From Gracilinanus agilis (lineage: Eukaryota): a stretch of DNA of 64,000 nucleotides. The translations under genes were made by a program, and so were the position numbers. This document shows positions 48,050 through 58,826 of the stretch, piece by piece (positions within the stretch are counted from its first letter, which is position 1; each line of letters begins with the position of its first letter). The notes beneath the pieces are model-generated. The model saw only the letters and a program-made list of their open reading frames with translations, was not told where the DNA came from and made no database searches. The DNA is taken from assembly GCF_016433145.1 (NCBI RefSeq), contig NC_058135.1:175281152-175345151 (forward strand), written 5' to 3'.

Positions 48050-49200
48050 CTTAAAATATGGCATTTGACTGTTTTGAGCATCCTCTCCTACTAGATATTC
48101 TTCCTCTTTGGCTTTCTGCAAGGCTGCTTTTTCTGGTTGATCCTACTTATATAACCTGTCTTAGCTTCCTTTCCTCAATCACCATCCATTTGATCACACT
48201 TAACTGTGGGTGTACTTAAAGACTCTGTACTTGACACTCTTTTCTTTTCTCTCTAGACTCTCTCACTTGATGACCTTCAAAGCTTTCATGGGTTGAATTA
48301 ATATTTCTATGCAAATGTTACATATACATGAAACACTTACATAGAGATATTAATTACATAATATTTATATATTATTAAATTTATAGCTTTATATATAGTT
48401 ATATATATATGGATGTTATATATAACTATATATAACTAGTTCTAGTGTCTATTTCTTGGACTCTAGTTGCTTATCATTAACTGTCCATTGTGTATTTCAA
48501 ATTGCATGTCCCATAATAATCATAGCTAAGGGGGAAGCTAGGTGGTTCAGTGGATAGAGAGCCAGGCCTAGAGACATGAAGTCCTGGGTTGAAATCTGAC
48601 TTCAAAAGTTTCCTAGCTGTGTGATCCAGTGCAAGTCACTTAACCCCATTTGCGTAGCCCTTACCACTCTTCTGCCTTGGAATTGATATTTAAGTATTGC
48701 TTTAACGGAAAGGCAAGGGTTTTTAAATAATAACCATAATATCTAAGCTAAGAATAATACCTAAGTCAGCAACCTCAGTGTCATTCTTGACAAACCCTCT
48801 TTATTCTATCAAATCTTGTTATTTCTATGTCCATCACATCTCTTGCAAATCTACTTTCCTCCCCACTCATCTACCCATCATCTAGTATAGACCTTTTTTT
48901 TTAACCTCAGCAAGGGCTATTGAAATAGTTTTCTATCTGGTCTCCTTGCCTTTTGTCATGAATCATTCCAGTTCATCCTTCACACGGTCACGGAAATTAT
49001 TTTTCCTAAAGTAAGTATCTAACCATATCCCCACCCAGACTCAATAAATTCCAATGGCTATATAAACTACATAAACTCCTCTATCTGAGGATAGTGAGTC
49101 ACCTAGTCCTTTCCTACCTTAACAGTACCTCTTACATATTATTCACGCCACACATTGGATGAGCTCTCCACCAGTAATCCCTTACCTCTTGTCACATATC
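48050..49200 (+). mobile_element. L2 fragment interrupted by a SINE at about 48535-48725
   Basis: gcatttgact...ctcctactaga...cttcctctttggcttt, agtcagcaacctcagtgtcattcttgac motifs. Confidence 0.6.
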
Positions 49201-49675
49201 CAGACAATCTTTCTGGCTCGTTAATTTTTAATGATTTTTTTACTCCACTTTTATTTCTTCTCTTTAACATGGCTTTGCTTACTTATACCAACATGAACTT
49301 GTCCATCACCTTCTGGGTAACATTCATTTAAAAATATTTAGACACTGTGGTGTCTATAGTCTATAGAACTAGTGTAGTTCTATGACAAGATTCCAAGTTC
49401 AAGGGGTCCTCCAGATAGTATTCTTTATGGCTGATATCATGTTGATTTGCTCTGGAACATCAGAGCCTCCTGAATGAGATCCATTACTACCAAAGAAGAA
49501 TTTATTCTTTACCCACTTGGTTCATCCTGTGTGGAAAATGAGGCCATCTTATTGTCTAGACCAGTGGTGTCAAACTCAGATAGAAACTATCCCTGTCATT
49601 GACTTGGAAATCACAAATTAACAATATCTCTGTTGTACCGTATCTGGACTTATTTTGTTAAACATTTCCCAATTA

Positions 49676-50354
49676 TATGGTTTTTTTCATCTTGTTCCAT
49701 TACATGTAGAAACAACTTTTCACAATTGTTTTCTGACATTTTGCCATTCAAATTCACTCCTTCCTTCTCACCCTCCCTGAGGTGGTAAATGGTCTGATGT
49801 AGGTTATACCAATACGTTTATGTAATACATATTTCCATATTCCTCATTTCATGAAAGAAGGCATATATCATAAATACAACAAAAACTCCTGAAGGAAATA
49901 TAGTGAAAATGACATGTTTTGATCTGCAATCAAACTCCAAGAGTTCCTTCTTTGACTGTGTTTAACATCATGGATGCTTGATCTAGAAATAAAGAATGAC
50001 ACCATAAAGAAATTAGGGGTACACAGAAAAGTTTACCTGTCAGACTTATGGATAAGGGAAGAATTTAGGACCAAGTAAGACAGAGAACATTACAAAAAAA
50101 TGAAATAGATCATTTTAATTACATTAAATTACAAAGCTTTTGTACAAATAAAACCAATGCAACCAAGATGAGAAGGGAAACAACAAATTTTGGGGAAGTA
50201 TCTATCATGAATCCCTTGGGATTATCCTGGAACCCTGCTCTGCTGCTGATGGTTCAGTCATTCACAGTTGGTCAGTGTACAATATTCCATGTTACCATAT
50301 ATCCACTATTCTCCTGGTTCTGCTCACTTCATTTTGCAGCAGTTCACAGAAGTC
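49676..50354 (-). mobile_element. Old L1 3' UTR fragment (antisense), interrupted by the 228-bp copy
   Basis: tttgatctgca..caaactcc..gagttccttc and tcattcacagttggtca...ctcctggttctgctcac are reverse complements of motifs in the sense L1 3' UTR at 47650-47840. Confidence 0.75.
49970..50197 (+). mobile_element. 228-bp copy of L1 segment 46794-47020
   Basis: Hand alignment gives 11 substitutions + 1 indel (about 95% identity) and shared disabling lesions. Confidence 0.9.
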
Positions 50355-50369
50355 TTTCCAATACATTTT

Positions 50370-50567
50370 TTTTTTTAACCGTTACCTTCCGTCTTGGAGT
50401 CAATACTGTGTATTGGCTCCAAGGCAGAAGAGTGGTAAGGGTAGGCAATGGGGGTCAAGTGACTTGCCCAGGGTCACACAGCTGGGAAGTGTCTGAGGCC
50501 AGATTTGAACCTAGGACCTCCTGTCTCTAGGCCTGGCTCTCAATCCACTGAGCTACCCAGCTGCCCC
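50370..50567 (-). mobile_element. Young SINE1_Mdo-type SINE
   Basis: Near-consensus with CpG retained; TSD TTTCCAATACATTTT at 50355-50369 and 50568-50582. Confidence 0.93.
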
Positions 50568-50674
50568 TTTCCAATACATTTTAACGTGGTTCCCTGCACT
50601 CATTTGGAAGCCTTGAGTTTGACACCTTTGGTAGTGTAGATTATGAGATATGGTTAGAAAGACAATCTCGGGAT

Positions 50675-50990
50675 GTCATCCATGAGTATATGTACATGTG
50701 TGTAAATGTGTGTGTGTTCAAGTACACATATATATGGAAAATATATATAGAGAGATGCTGAGATGGACAACTTTGATGGCTCATCCATATGTATAATTAT
50801 ATACATACACACATATATGTATACAGATACATGTATATGCACATGCATACTGATATAAACACTATATAAATGCACACAAATGCACATACTTTGCAATGAG
50901 ACTTCTGGGACACCCTTTATAAGTATATGTGTGTATATCCTTGGATACATATATGTGTATATTTTCATGAATATATTCACATACGCATAT
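50675..50990. repeat. Low-complexity TA/CA/TG-rich tract; similar tracts at about 33590-33730 and 48330-48440
   Basis: Degenerate dinucleotide repeats. Confidence 0.7.
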
Positions 50991-53900
50991 CCAGCAGAAC
51001 TACAAATGGACAGTGATTTGGGCTCAGAATTGAATAGGAGGAAGAGAACCAGCCGAATTGCCATCTGGAACTCGACGAGGTGTTTTGGTTTTGGTTTGTT
51101 TTTTTAACAACCTAAAAATTCTCCCTGATACCGAAGCTCATCTTTTTAATACCAAAAGTCTGCCAGGATAAATTGTTGTTATTTTTATATTATCTTACAT
51201 GTATTCTTAAATTGGCCACTTTCTTGTAAAAAGTTTTGCTCTTGAAGAAGTGAGTTATTATGGATTGGATTGGGGATGGTGTTAAGATTTTGTTGTTGCT
51301 CTTTCTTTTTTATATTACTTTTACTTTCCAATGACTTGGAAAACCTTGAAGTGCTATATAAATGTTGCCTACGATTTATTATTTGATTATTTAAAAATAT
51401 ATTCAAGCAAAACAACCCATCAATCAGCAAGCATTTATTAAGTGCCCACTCTGTGCCAGGCACTGGAACAAATCAACACAGTGGCCAGGTCCGAAATAAA
51501 TGTCTGTTTTACGTGTTTGGAGCCTGTGACCTCTCTGTGTAAAGGTGTGCCTTAATGAAGTTGTCTTATCGAGGCCATCGGAAGACTAGACTTTTTAGTC
51601 AATCTAGTTGTTGTTGTTGTTGCTGTTGTTGAAGTTCTCTTATTTGTCATTGGTCTTAAATATCTACCCCAAAGCATCTGCAAGTGTTCATTAAATCCTT
51701 CTGAATTCTGTTTCCAAAGAAGCCCGAGTACTCCATTTCTGTGAAATTGTTGAAGTTGTTGAAAAGTCTGCTTCATGCCTGTCCTGAAGGCAAAGCTCTA
51801 GAGTGGTTCTGCTGAGATGTTGCCACTTTGGCAGTCATCTACAACCATCATTTCCCTCCCTCCCTTGTATGGGATATCCCATGAGCTCATTTTCAATAAC
51901 TGCCTTGAGCCCTCATGATTGAAGGTGCTCAATCTAGTTTCTGAGAGCATAGGCAGCCATGTTACCATTGCTTCTAGCCTTTTCCCTATTGACAACCTTG
52001 CACCCCAACCCTTTCCACCTCCATTATGGCAAAGCTGCCAACCATAGAAAGTCAACAGTGTCGGAGGATCCAAAGGAATACAAGGCATGGGGACAACTCC
52101 ACAAGCATTCCTGCAATACACGTAGGCTTCCATCGAGTTTCATCATCCTTCTCCCAAACTATCTTGGGGTTCCTAAAAGCCTTTTCAGCCTGCCGGAGTG
52201 CTTCATGTGACCTTTCACCAGCTTTTTTTTTTTTAACCTATCCTTCTGCCTTGGCTTGGGCTATTTTGTTTTTCAAAAGTCTCCATTAATGATTAACGTC
52301 CCATAAGGTTTAAATAGACTTTAGTTATTCTGAGAATCTCAGCATAAGAAGTGCCACCAAGGCTGATTGTTTTGACTTGACCTTGCTGAGATAGGATTGG
52401 GTCAAACCATGCTGAGGCTCATGGGGGCTATTGACAGCCTGGAGTCTTACCAGTTAACTTGTGCGGGGCTTTTTTTTTCTTTCTTCCTTTGCCCTTGGTT
52501 GCTGTTAAAGGCGAGGTAAAGTCCTCATAGTTTTAAAAGAGAACTTTCTTGATTTTAAAAGTTAATTGGGGAAAAAATACATTATGCTAGAACAAACTCT
52601 AAACATAAGCTCAAATGTGGATAGGATGGGCTTGGGCTCCTTCCTACCATTTTCCTACTTTTTCAGAGAGAATTCCCATTTGGCATTCTTCACTCCTCTG
52701 TGAACTTGTACAAATCTAGAAGAGCATGAATCTCCAAGGACAAAACTTCAAGATTCCTCTGTCTGTGGGTTTTGGTTTTTGTTTTTCTACCATTAACAGG
52801 TCAAGACAAAAGTATAAGCTGAGCTGAATTTTTCATGCTCCAAATTAGCGAAATGGGCAAAGTCCCTTTGTACCCAGAAGTTGACCCACTATCAGGGCTG
52901 ATTTCCTGCTCAGAAAAGGTCCCAGACGCTTGTCACATCTCAGCTCAGCAGTTCTAGCAAAGCTAATGACTGTGCCCCAGCTCAAAGTTGGGCAGAGATG
53001 AGGAACTGCCACACCAGGGGCAAGTCCTCCAAACTAGACCCCAGAGGGGGCAGCAGTAAGTGGTTTGTATATCTGGTGGGGGAAGAGAGAAGGGCAGGGA
53101 TCCAGGACACTCCTGTGAAGCTGTTGCTGGTGGGGAAAGAAAGAGCCCACTCTGGTTGTCATAGAATAATTGCCTAATTTAACTAATTATCCCTGATAAC
53201 TAGGTGTTAATTTTGTTTGTTTTCAAGCAGCTAGACTGTAAGTGCTGCAGATGCTTTCTAAATGTGACATCCTGGGACGGAGTTAAACCTCTGAAGTAGG
53301 CAATGATGATAGACCCCGAATCATCAATCACTGAATATACAATCAATGTATATTGTCAATATACAAATATATTCATCCATATCATACTTGTGTGTATATA
53401 AATATAAGGAGGCAGGTGGCTCAATGAATGAAGTATTGGGCCTCGAGTCAGGAAGACTTGTGTTCAAATCCAACAAGGGACAAATCTCCTTTGTAAGCCA
53501 CACCAAGAGAAAGAGGACGTAAGTGTTGAATTTCAGTTATCAGAGAGTTTCTTAAAGTCAGTTTGAGGAGGGAGGGGGCACCTCCCTATGCCTTGAAGGT
53601 CTACCACAAAAGGAGGCAGCATGGCATAGCAGATAGAATTCTGGCTAATCTCTCAAAGAGGGGAAGCACAAATGGAAACTGGTTTCGAGTTCTTGCATGT
53701 GAGGACCTGGTATCTACAGGTTATAAATAGATTTCCACCTGCTGGTTTGGAACACCTGCTGCAGAGATTGGAAAGTTTTCTTGATACTTACTTTTGCAGT
53801 TAAATATGCAGCTATATTCTATATGGTTTTTTTCTAAATAAAGTAAATGAATAATAAGAAATGAAATTATTGTTTCTCCAGCCACAGGAAGATAACTTAT

Positions 53901-54729
53901 TGTCTTGCCCCTAGAGTGGGAGGGCATTTTCCTTGATATGAATGAGGTTGTTTTTTTTTTTTTTTTTTTTTTATCAAAATGTCAATGGTGGTGTCACATC
54001 CATTGCTATTTTGAGGAAGGTACATGTGAGTATGGTTTAGAAAATTAGAAGGCACACTAAGATAGAAATGATGACTAAGAGTGAGAGGAAAGAGAGCAGA
54101 AAAGATGGTTCAATGGATAGATTTTTGGGTTTGGATTCAAGAAGACCTGAGTTAAAATCCCAGCTTTGCCATTTTCTATTGTCAAGTCAATTATCCTCCC
54201 TGGGTCTCAGTTCCCTCATTTCCAAAGTGATTTCATTGGACTAGATGCCACCTGAGATCCTTCCTAATTCAAAGTTTATAATTCTAAAAAGTGTTCCTGA
54301 AGCTTCCCTATCTTCCCTGAACAGCTGCCTTCCTTGCTTGTTCCTAAGCCTATTACTATATCAAGCTCCTAGAGGACATACTTCAACAGCACTGTTAAAT
54401 TAAATTGAAATGTTGAATTGGATTGGACTGACTTGAATTAAATCCAGTTCTTTGACAAACGACAAATACATTTGCAAGAGAAAACAAATCATTTCTCTTC
54501 TACTTACAAAGGTCCTACAGGTGATGCCCAGGAGCAATTCGCAGTTCTTTCTTACTTTGTGAAAGTCATACTCTTCAACTAAAAAAAACTCCTTAAGTCA
54601 TCATTACTTGAGCAAAAAGAGCAAAAGTACAATCATGCAACTCTCATCCTAAAAATATAATGGTCCCATAACTAGGTCTATATCCCAGAGAGACAAAAAA
54701 CAAAACAAAACAAAAAAAAAAAGGAAAAG

Positions 54730-55715
54730 AACCTATTGAACCTATTTATACAAAAATATTTATAACAGCTCTTTTTGTGGTAGAAAAGATTTGGAAATTG
54801 AGATGATGTCCATCAATCGGGGAGTGGCTGAACAAGTTGTGTATGTGACAATTATGGAATACTATTATGTTATAAGAAATGACAAGCAGGATGATTTCAG
54901 AAAAATCTTGAAAGACTTAAATGAACTGATGTTAAGTGAAGTAAGCAGAACCTGAAAAAATTGTATATAGTGACAATATTTGTTTTTATTTTATTTTAAA
55001 AATATTTTCCATGTTTACATGATTTGTTTTCTTTCCTTCCCCTTTTGCCTCCCCCCTCTCAGAGGTGACAAGCAATTCCACTGGATTGTACAAATGTTAT
55101 CACTTGATATCTATTTCCATATTATTTATTTTTGCTATAGAGCCACCTTTTAAAGCCTAAACCCCAAATCACCCACCCATATATACAAGTGATAAGTGAT
55201 GTCGTATGTTTTTCTTTAGCGTTTCTACTCCCATAGTTCTTTCTCACAATGTGGAAAACATTCTTTCCCATAAGTCCTTCAGGAGTGTTCTGGATTATTG
55301 ACAGCAATATTTCTTGATGAACAACTGTGAATGGCCTAGTTATTCTCAGCAATACAGTGATCCAAGACAATCCCGGAGACTTATAGTGAAAAATAACTTC
55401 TGTCCTCTGAGAAAGAACTAGAGTTTGAAAGTGGACTGAAATGTACTTTATTTAATTTTCTTTATTCTTCCTTTTTTTTTTCACTTGAGAACTCTTCCAC
55501 AAAATGATGCATATGGAAAAATGTTTAATGTGATTACACATATAAAATCTATATCAGACTGCTTGCTGTCTGAGGGAGGGAGAATAGTAATAGAGAGGCA
55601 GTGAGAGTGGAACTGAAAAAAAGAGAGAACTTGGAACTTGAAACTTTAAGAAAATGAATATTAAAAATTGTTTTAACATGTATTAGAGAAAAAAACAAAA
55701 TATTATTTTTAAAAT
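54730..55715 (+). mobile_element. L1 3' end (ORF2 C-terminus + 3' UTR) with a nested antisense L1 3'-end fragment at about 54982-55304
   Basis: acagctctttttgtggtag...atggaatactatt...aagcagaacc motifs are shared with 47480-47680; the nested piece is flanked by CAATATTT at 54974-54981 and 55305-55312. Confidence 0.8.
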
Positions 55716-56323
55716 GCAATACCAAGAATCTAGTAATGACAATGTGAAGAGAAATTTTATATAGAGATATGTGTATATATATTCCCATTTCAAGAGACTA
55801 TACTTAAAATATGGCTATAGTACAGGTGTTCAAAAATGCAAAAATATGCTTCAAAATCTGAATGAGGAAATTTATAATACATATTGCCATATACAGTATT
55901 CTAAAAATGTATTCCAGATAATCCATTCATTCATTTAGTCTGTCAAAATGTATTATACAAGCATTCTCTGCTCAAACTTTATTTCTCTGAAAACATATGC
56001 TAGATCCAAAATAAGGCAAGAAATGAGGCTCATGTGTACAAGAAATAGTTATAGTACCTTTTTTTGTTATGTCAAAGAACTGTATAATAAGGTGATACCC
56101 ATCAATTAGGGAATTGTCTTCTGCTATGGTTCCTATAAAATCCCTGATCTTGGCCACTTGGATGGTCCCAAGGTATGTGCCTACTGCCTGGTCTAGTCTC
56201 CCTGAGCAGTAACCTACTGGGGGCCTTGTCCCTCTCTATGACTCCTTGACTAGCCAGGCCTGAGATCTTATTAGCTTCAGGCCCAATTTACTGGAGATAC
56301 GTCTGGTTTATGGATCCGTGGCA

Positions 56324-57158
56324 AGTCCAGTGGAAATGCGAGTTAGCTATGGCGGGGGGTGTTGAAGGGGTGAATGGTAAAGTAAAAACATGACTTATGT
56401 AACCATGGAAAATTTTTCTAAAAATAAAAATTATAAAATAAAAAAAGAAAGGATTATGAATGAAACTAATTATATTGAAGTATAATTATCAAAATCTATT
56501 TTTTTAATTCAAAGATATTTTCTTTTTTCAGTTACATGTAATCATTTTCAACATATGTTTTTCCAAAATCCTATGATACAAACCATCACCTTCCTTCCCT
56601 TTCTTCCCCCAACTTGGAGATAATAAACAATTTGATCTAGAACATATATGTATTATCAAACAAAGCATACTTCCATTATTTGTCATCATAATATGATATA
56701 TATATTATAAATATATATATATATATATATTTTTTTTTTNAGTCCAGTGGAAATGCGAGTTAGCTATGGCGGGGGGTGTTGAAGGGGTGAATGGTAAAGT
56801 AAAAACATGACTTATGTAACCATGGAAAATTTTTCTAAAAATAAAAATTATAAAATAAAAAAAGAAAGGATTATGAATGAAACTAATTATATTGAAGTAT
56901 AATTATCAAAATCTATTTTTTTAATTCAAAGATATTTTCTTTTTTCAGTTACATGTAATCATTTTCAACATATGTTTTTCCAAAATCCTATGATACAAAC
57001 CATCACCTTCCTTCCCTTTCTTCCCCCAACTTGGAGATAATAAACAATTTGATCTAGAACATATATGTATTATCAAACAAAGCATACTTCCATTATTTGT
57101 CATCATAATATGATATATATATTATAAATATATATATATATATATATATTTTTTTTTT
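56324..57158. repeat. Tandem 416/418-bp duplication separated by a single N (probable assembly artefact)
   Basis: 56324-56739 and 56741-57158 appear identical apart from (AT)10 vs (AT)11; n at 56740. Confidence 0.9.
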
Positions 57159-57699
57159 AAAGCAGCCCCAGATCCCAGGTTAAGAGAAGACAAGTGTGTT
57201 TGGTTATTTGGGTCACAATGGCTAAGAGTGCCCGAGGGTGGTGATCCATGGTCCTGAAGTATGGTGGCAAAAATGAAGACTTTATTTACATTCTGTCTTA
57301 GAATTGATCCTAAGTATCAATTCGAGGCAGGAGAGAATTAAGGGAAAGGCAATTGGGGTTAAGTAACTTGCCCAGAGTCACACACCTTGGAGGTGTCTAA
57401 GGTCAAATCTGAAACCAGGACCTCTCACCTCCAGACCTGGCTCTCTATCCACTGAGCCACCTACCTGCCCCTGGAAATGAAGGTTTTTACCTAAGAAGAA
57501 TAGGTGAGTAAACTTAGGAGCTACTCATTCTGGGCTGAGAAACGTATTTAATAATACCTATCGGTGTCTGGTACTTGATAAACAGATTAGTTATTAAGTG
57601 TTTATTAAAGAACTTTATGTGTCTTTTCGATTCCCTGCAGTCTTCATTTGATATTTTTACAGGTTATTCTTTGTCCTTGGCAATAAATCCTAGCCGAGA

Positions 57700-58150
57700 G
57701 CACTTGTGGTTTGGAATGTGCAACCAAAAGGAGAAGAAGGAAAAACAAGAGTAGGTGATGGAGCCAAGGGAATTCGTCTCTGGGACTATGGTGGCAGCAG
57801 CCACCATATCAAGAGAGATACAGATCATTAGGAATTAGCATTCTAGATTATTGCACTGAGGGAGACAAGAAGTTAGGTGACCAGGAAGGTCGGTGGCTCA
57901 AGAAGTTAGACCTGTTATCTTAAGGAGAAGAAATCACCCCTGGGAGCAGGGGACAGTTTTCTAAGGGGATCCGATTTCTCAAGGAGTTGGGATTCTCTGG
58001 AGGACCAGGGTTTAGGAGAATGAGAAGGAGGTGAAAGAAGAAGAGAGCAAAGAGAAATCGAGAGGGGGAGAAGGAAGAGAAAGAGGTGAAGAAGGAAAAG
58101 GATCTGATCAGGTTTAGAGGAGGCATTAGACATCTATTCTGAGTCTTTTA
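57700..58150 (-). mobile_element. Probable L2 internal fragment (purine-rich on +)
   Basis: GA-rich strand with gatggagccaaggg, ggtgaccaggaaggtc, ggagttgggattctctggagg, typical of antisense L2. Confidence 0.4.
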
Positions 58151-58428
58151 TAGGAGGAAGAGGAAAGAAGAATTCATTAGCACTAGGTAGAGTGGGAGAG
58201 AGAGAGTGCTAGACTTGGCTGACTTCAAATTCTAGTTTTTCTATTGACTAACTTTTTGGGTGATCAGGGGCCAAAATGGCCTTTCTGAGTCTGGGTTTCT
58301 TCATCTATAAAATGAAAGCCATAATGTTGGCTCTACTTCCTTTATGGGGTTGTTATGAGGAATACAATAGCTCTGGGGTGGATTTGTACTGTCGCTGTTA
58401 TTGGAAGCAACTTCTCTACCATTATAAT

Positions 58429-58594
58429 TTTTTTTAACCCTTTACCTTCTGTCTTAGAACCAAAGTAAATATCAGTTCTAAGGCAGAAGAATGCTAAGGG
58501 CTAGACCAGTGTCCAGTGTCTGAGGACAGATTTGAACCCAGGACCTCCTATCTCCAGGTCTGGCTCTCTATCCATTGAGCTATCTACCTCTTCT
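58429..58594 (-). mobile_element. SINE1-type SINE with internal deletion
   Basis: TSD TCTACCATTATAAT at 58415-58428 and 58595-58608. Confidence 0.85.
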
Positions 58595-58614
58595 TCTACC
58601 ATTATAATCTTAAG

Positions 58615-58826
58615 CAAGGGTTCTTAACTCAGGGTTGGTGAACTTTTAAAAAATATACTTTGATAACTATGTGAATTAAATATTGATATAATCAATATAA
58701 TTGACTTCCTTTGTGATCCTATGCATTTTATTTTATGCACTTAAAACCATTATTCTGAGAAGAGATTCATAGGCTTCACCAGAAAGACCAGGGGGTACAA
58801 GTCCCAAAAAAGGTTCAGGATTTCTT
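58615..58826. mobile_element. Old hAT-type MITE; a related copy at 12042-12504 is split by a MAR1-type SINE
   Basis: Ends CA(A/G)GGG(T/C)TCT(T/C)AAC ... TTAAGAAC.CCT-like; both copies share tttcctttgt.atc.t.t..attttattttatgca.ttaaaa..att and ccatagac/ttcataggc segments. Confidence 0.6.

Larger units (their letters stand above)
49562..50630. mobile_element. Old hAT (Charlie-like) MITE split by nested L1 and SINE insertions
   Basis: TIR CAGTGGTGTCAAACTC / GAGTTTGACACCTTTG; the left flank GTCTAGAC fits the Charlie NTCTAGAN target; the right TSD is degenerate. Confidence 0.65.
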
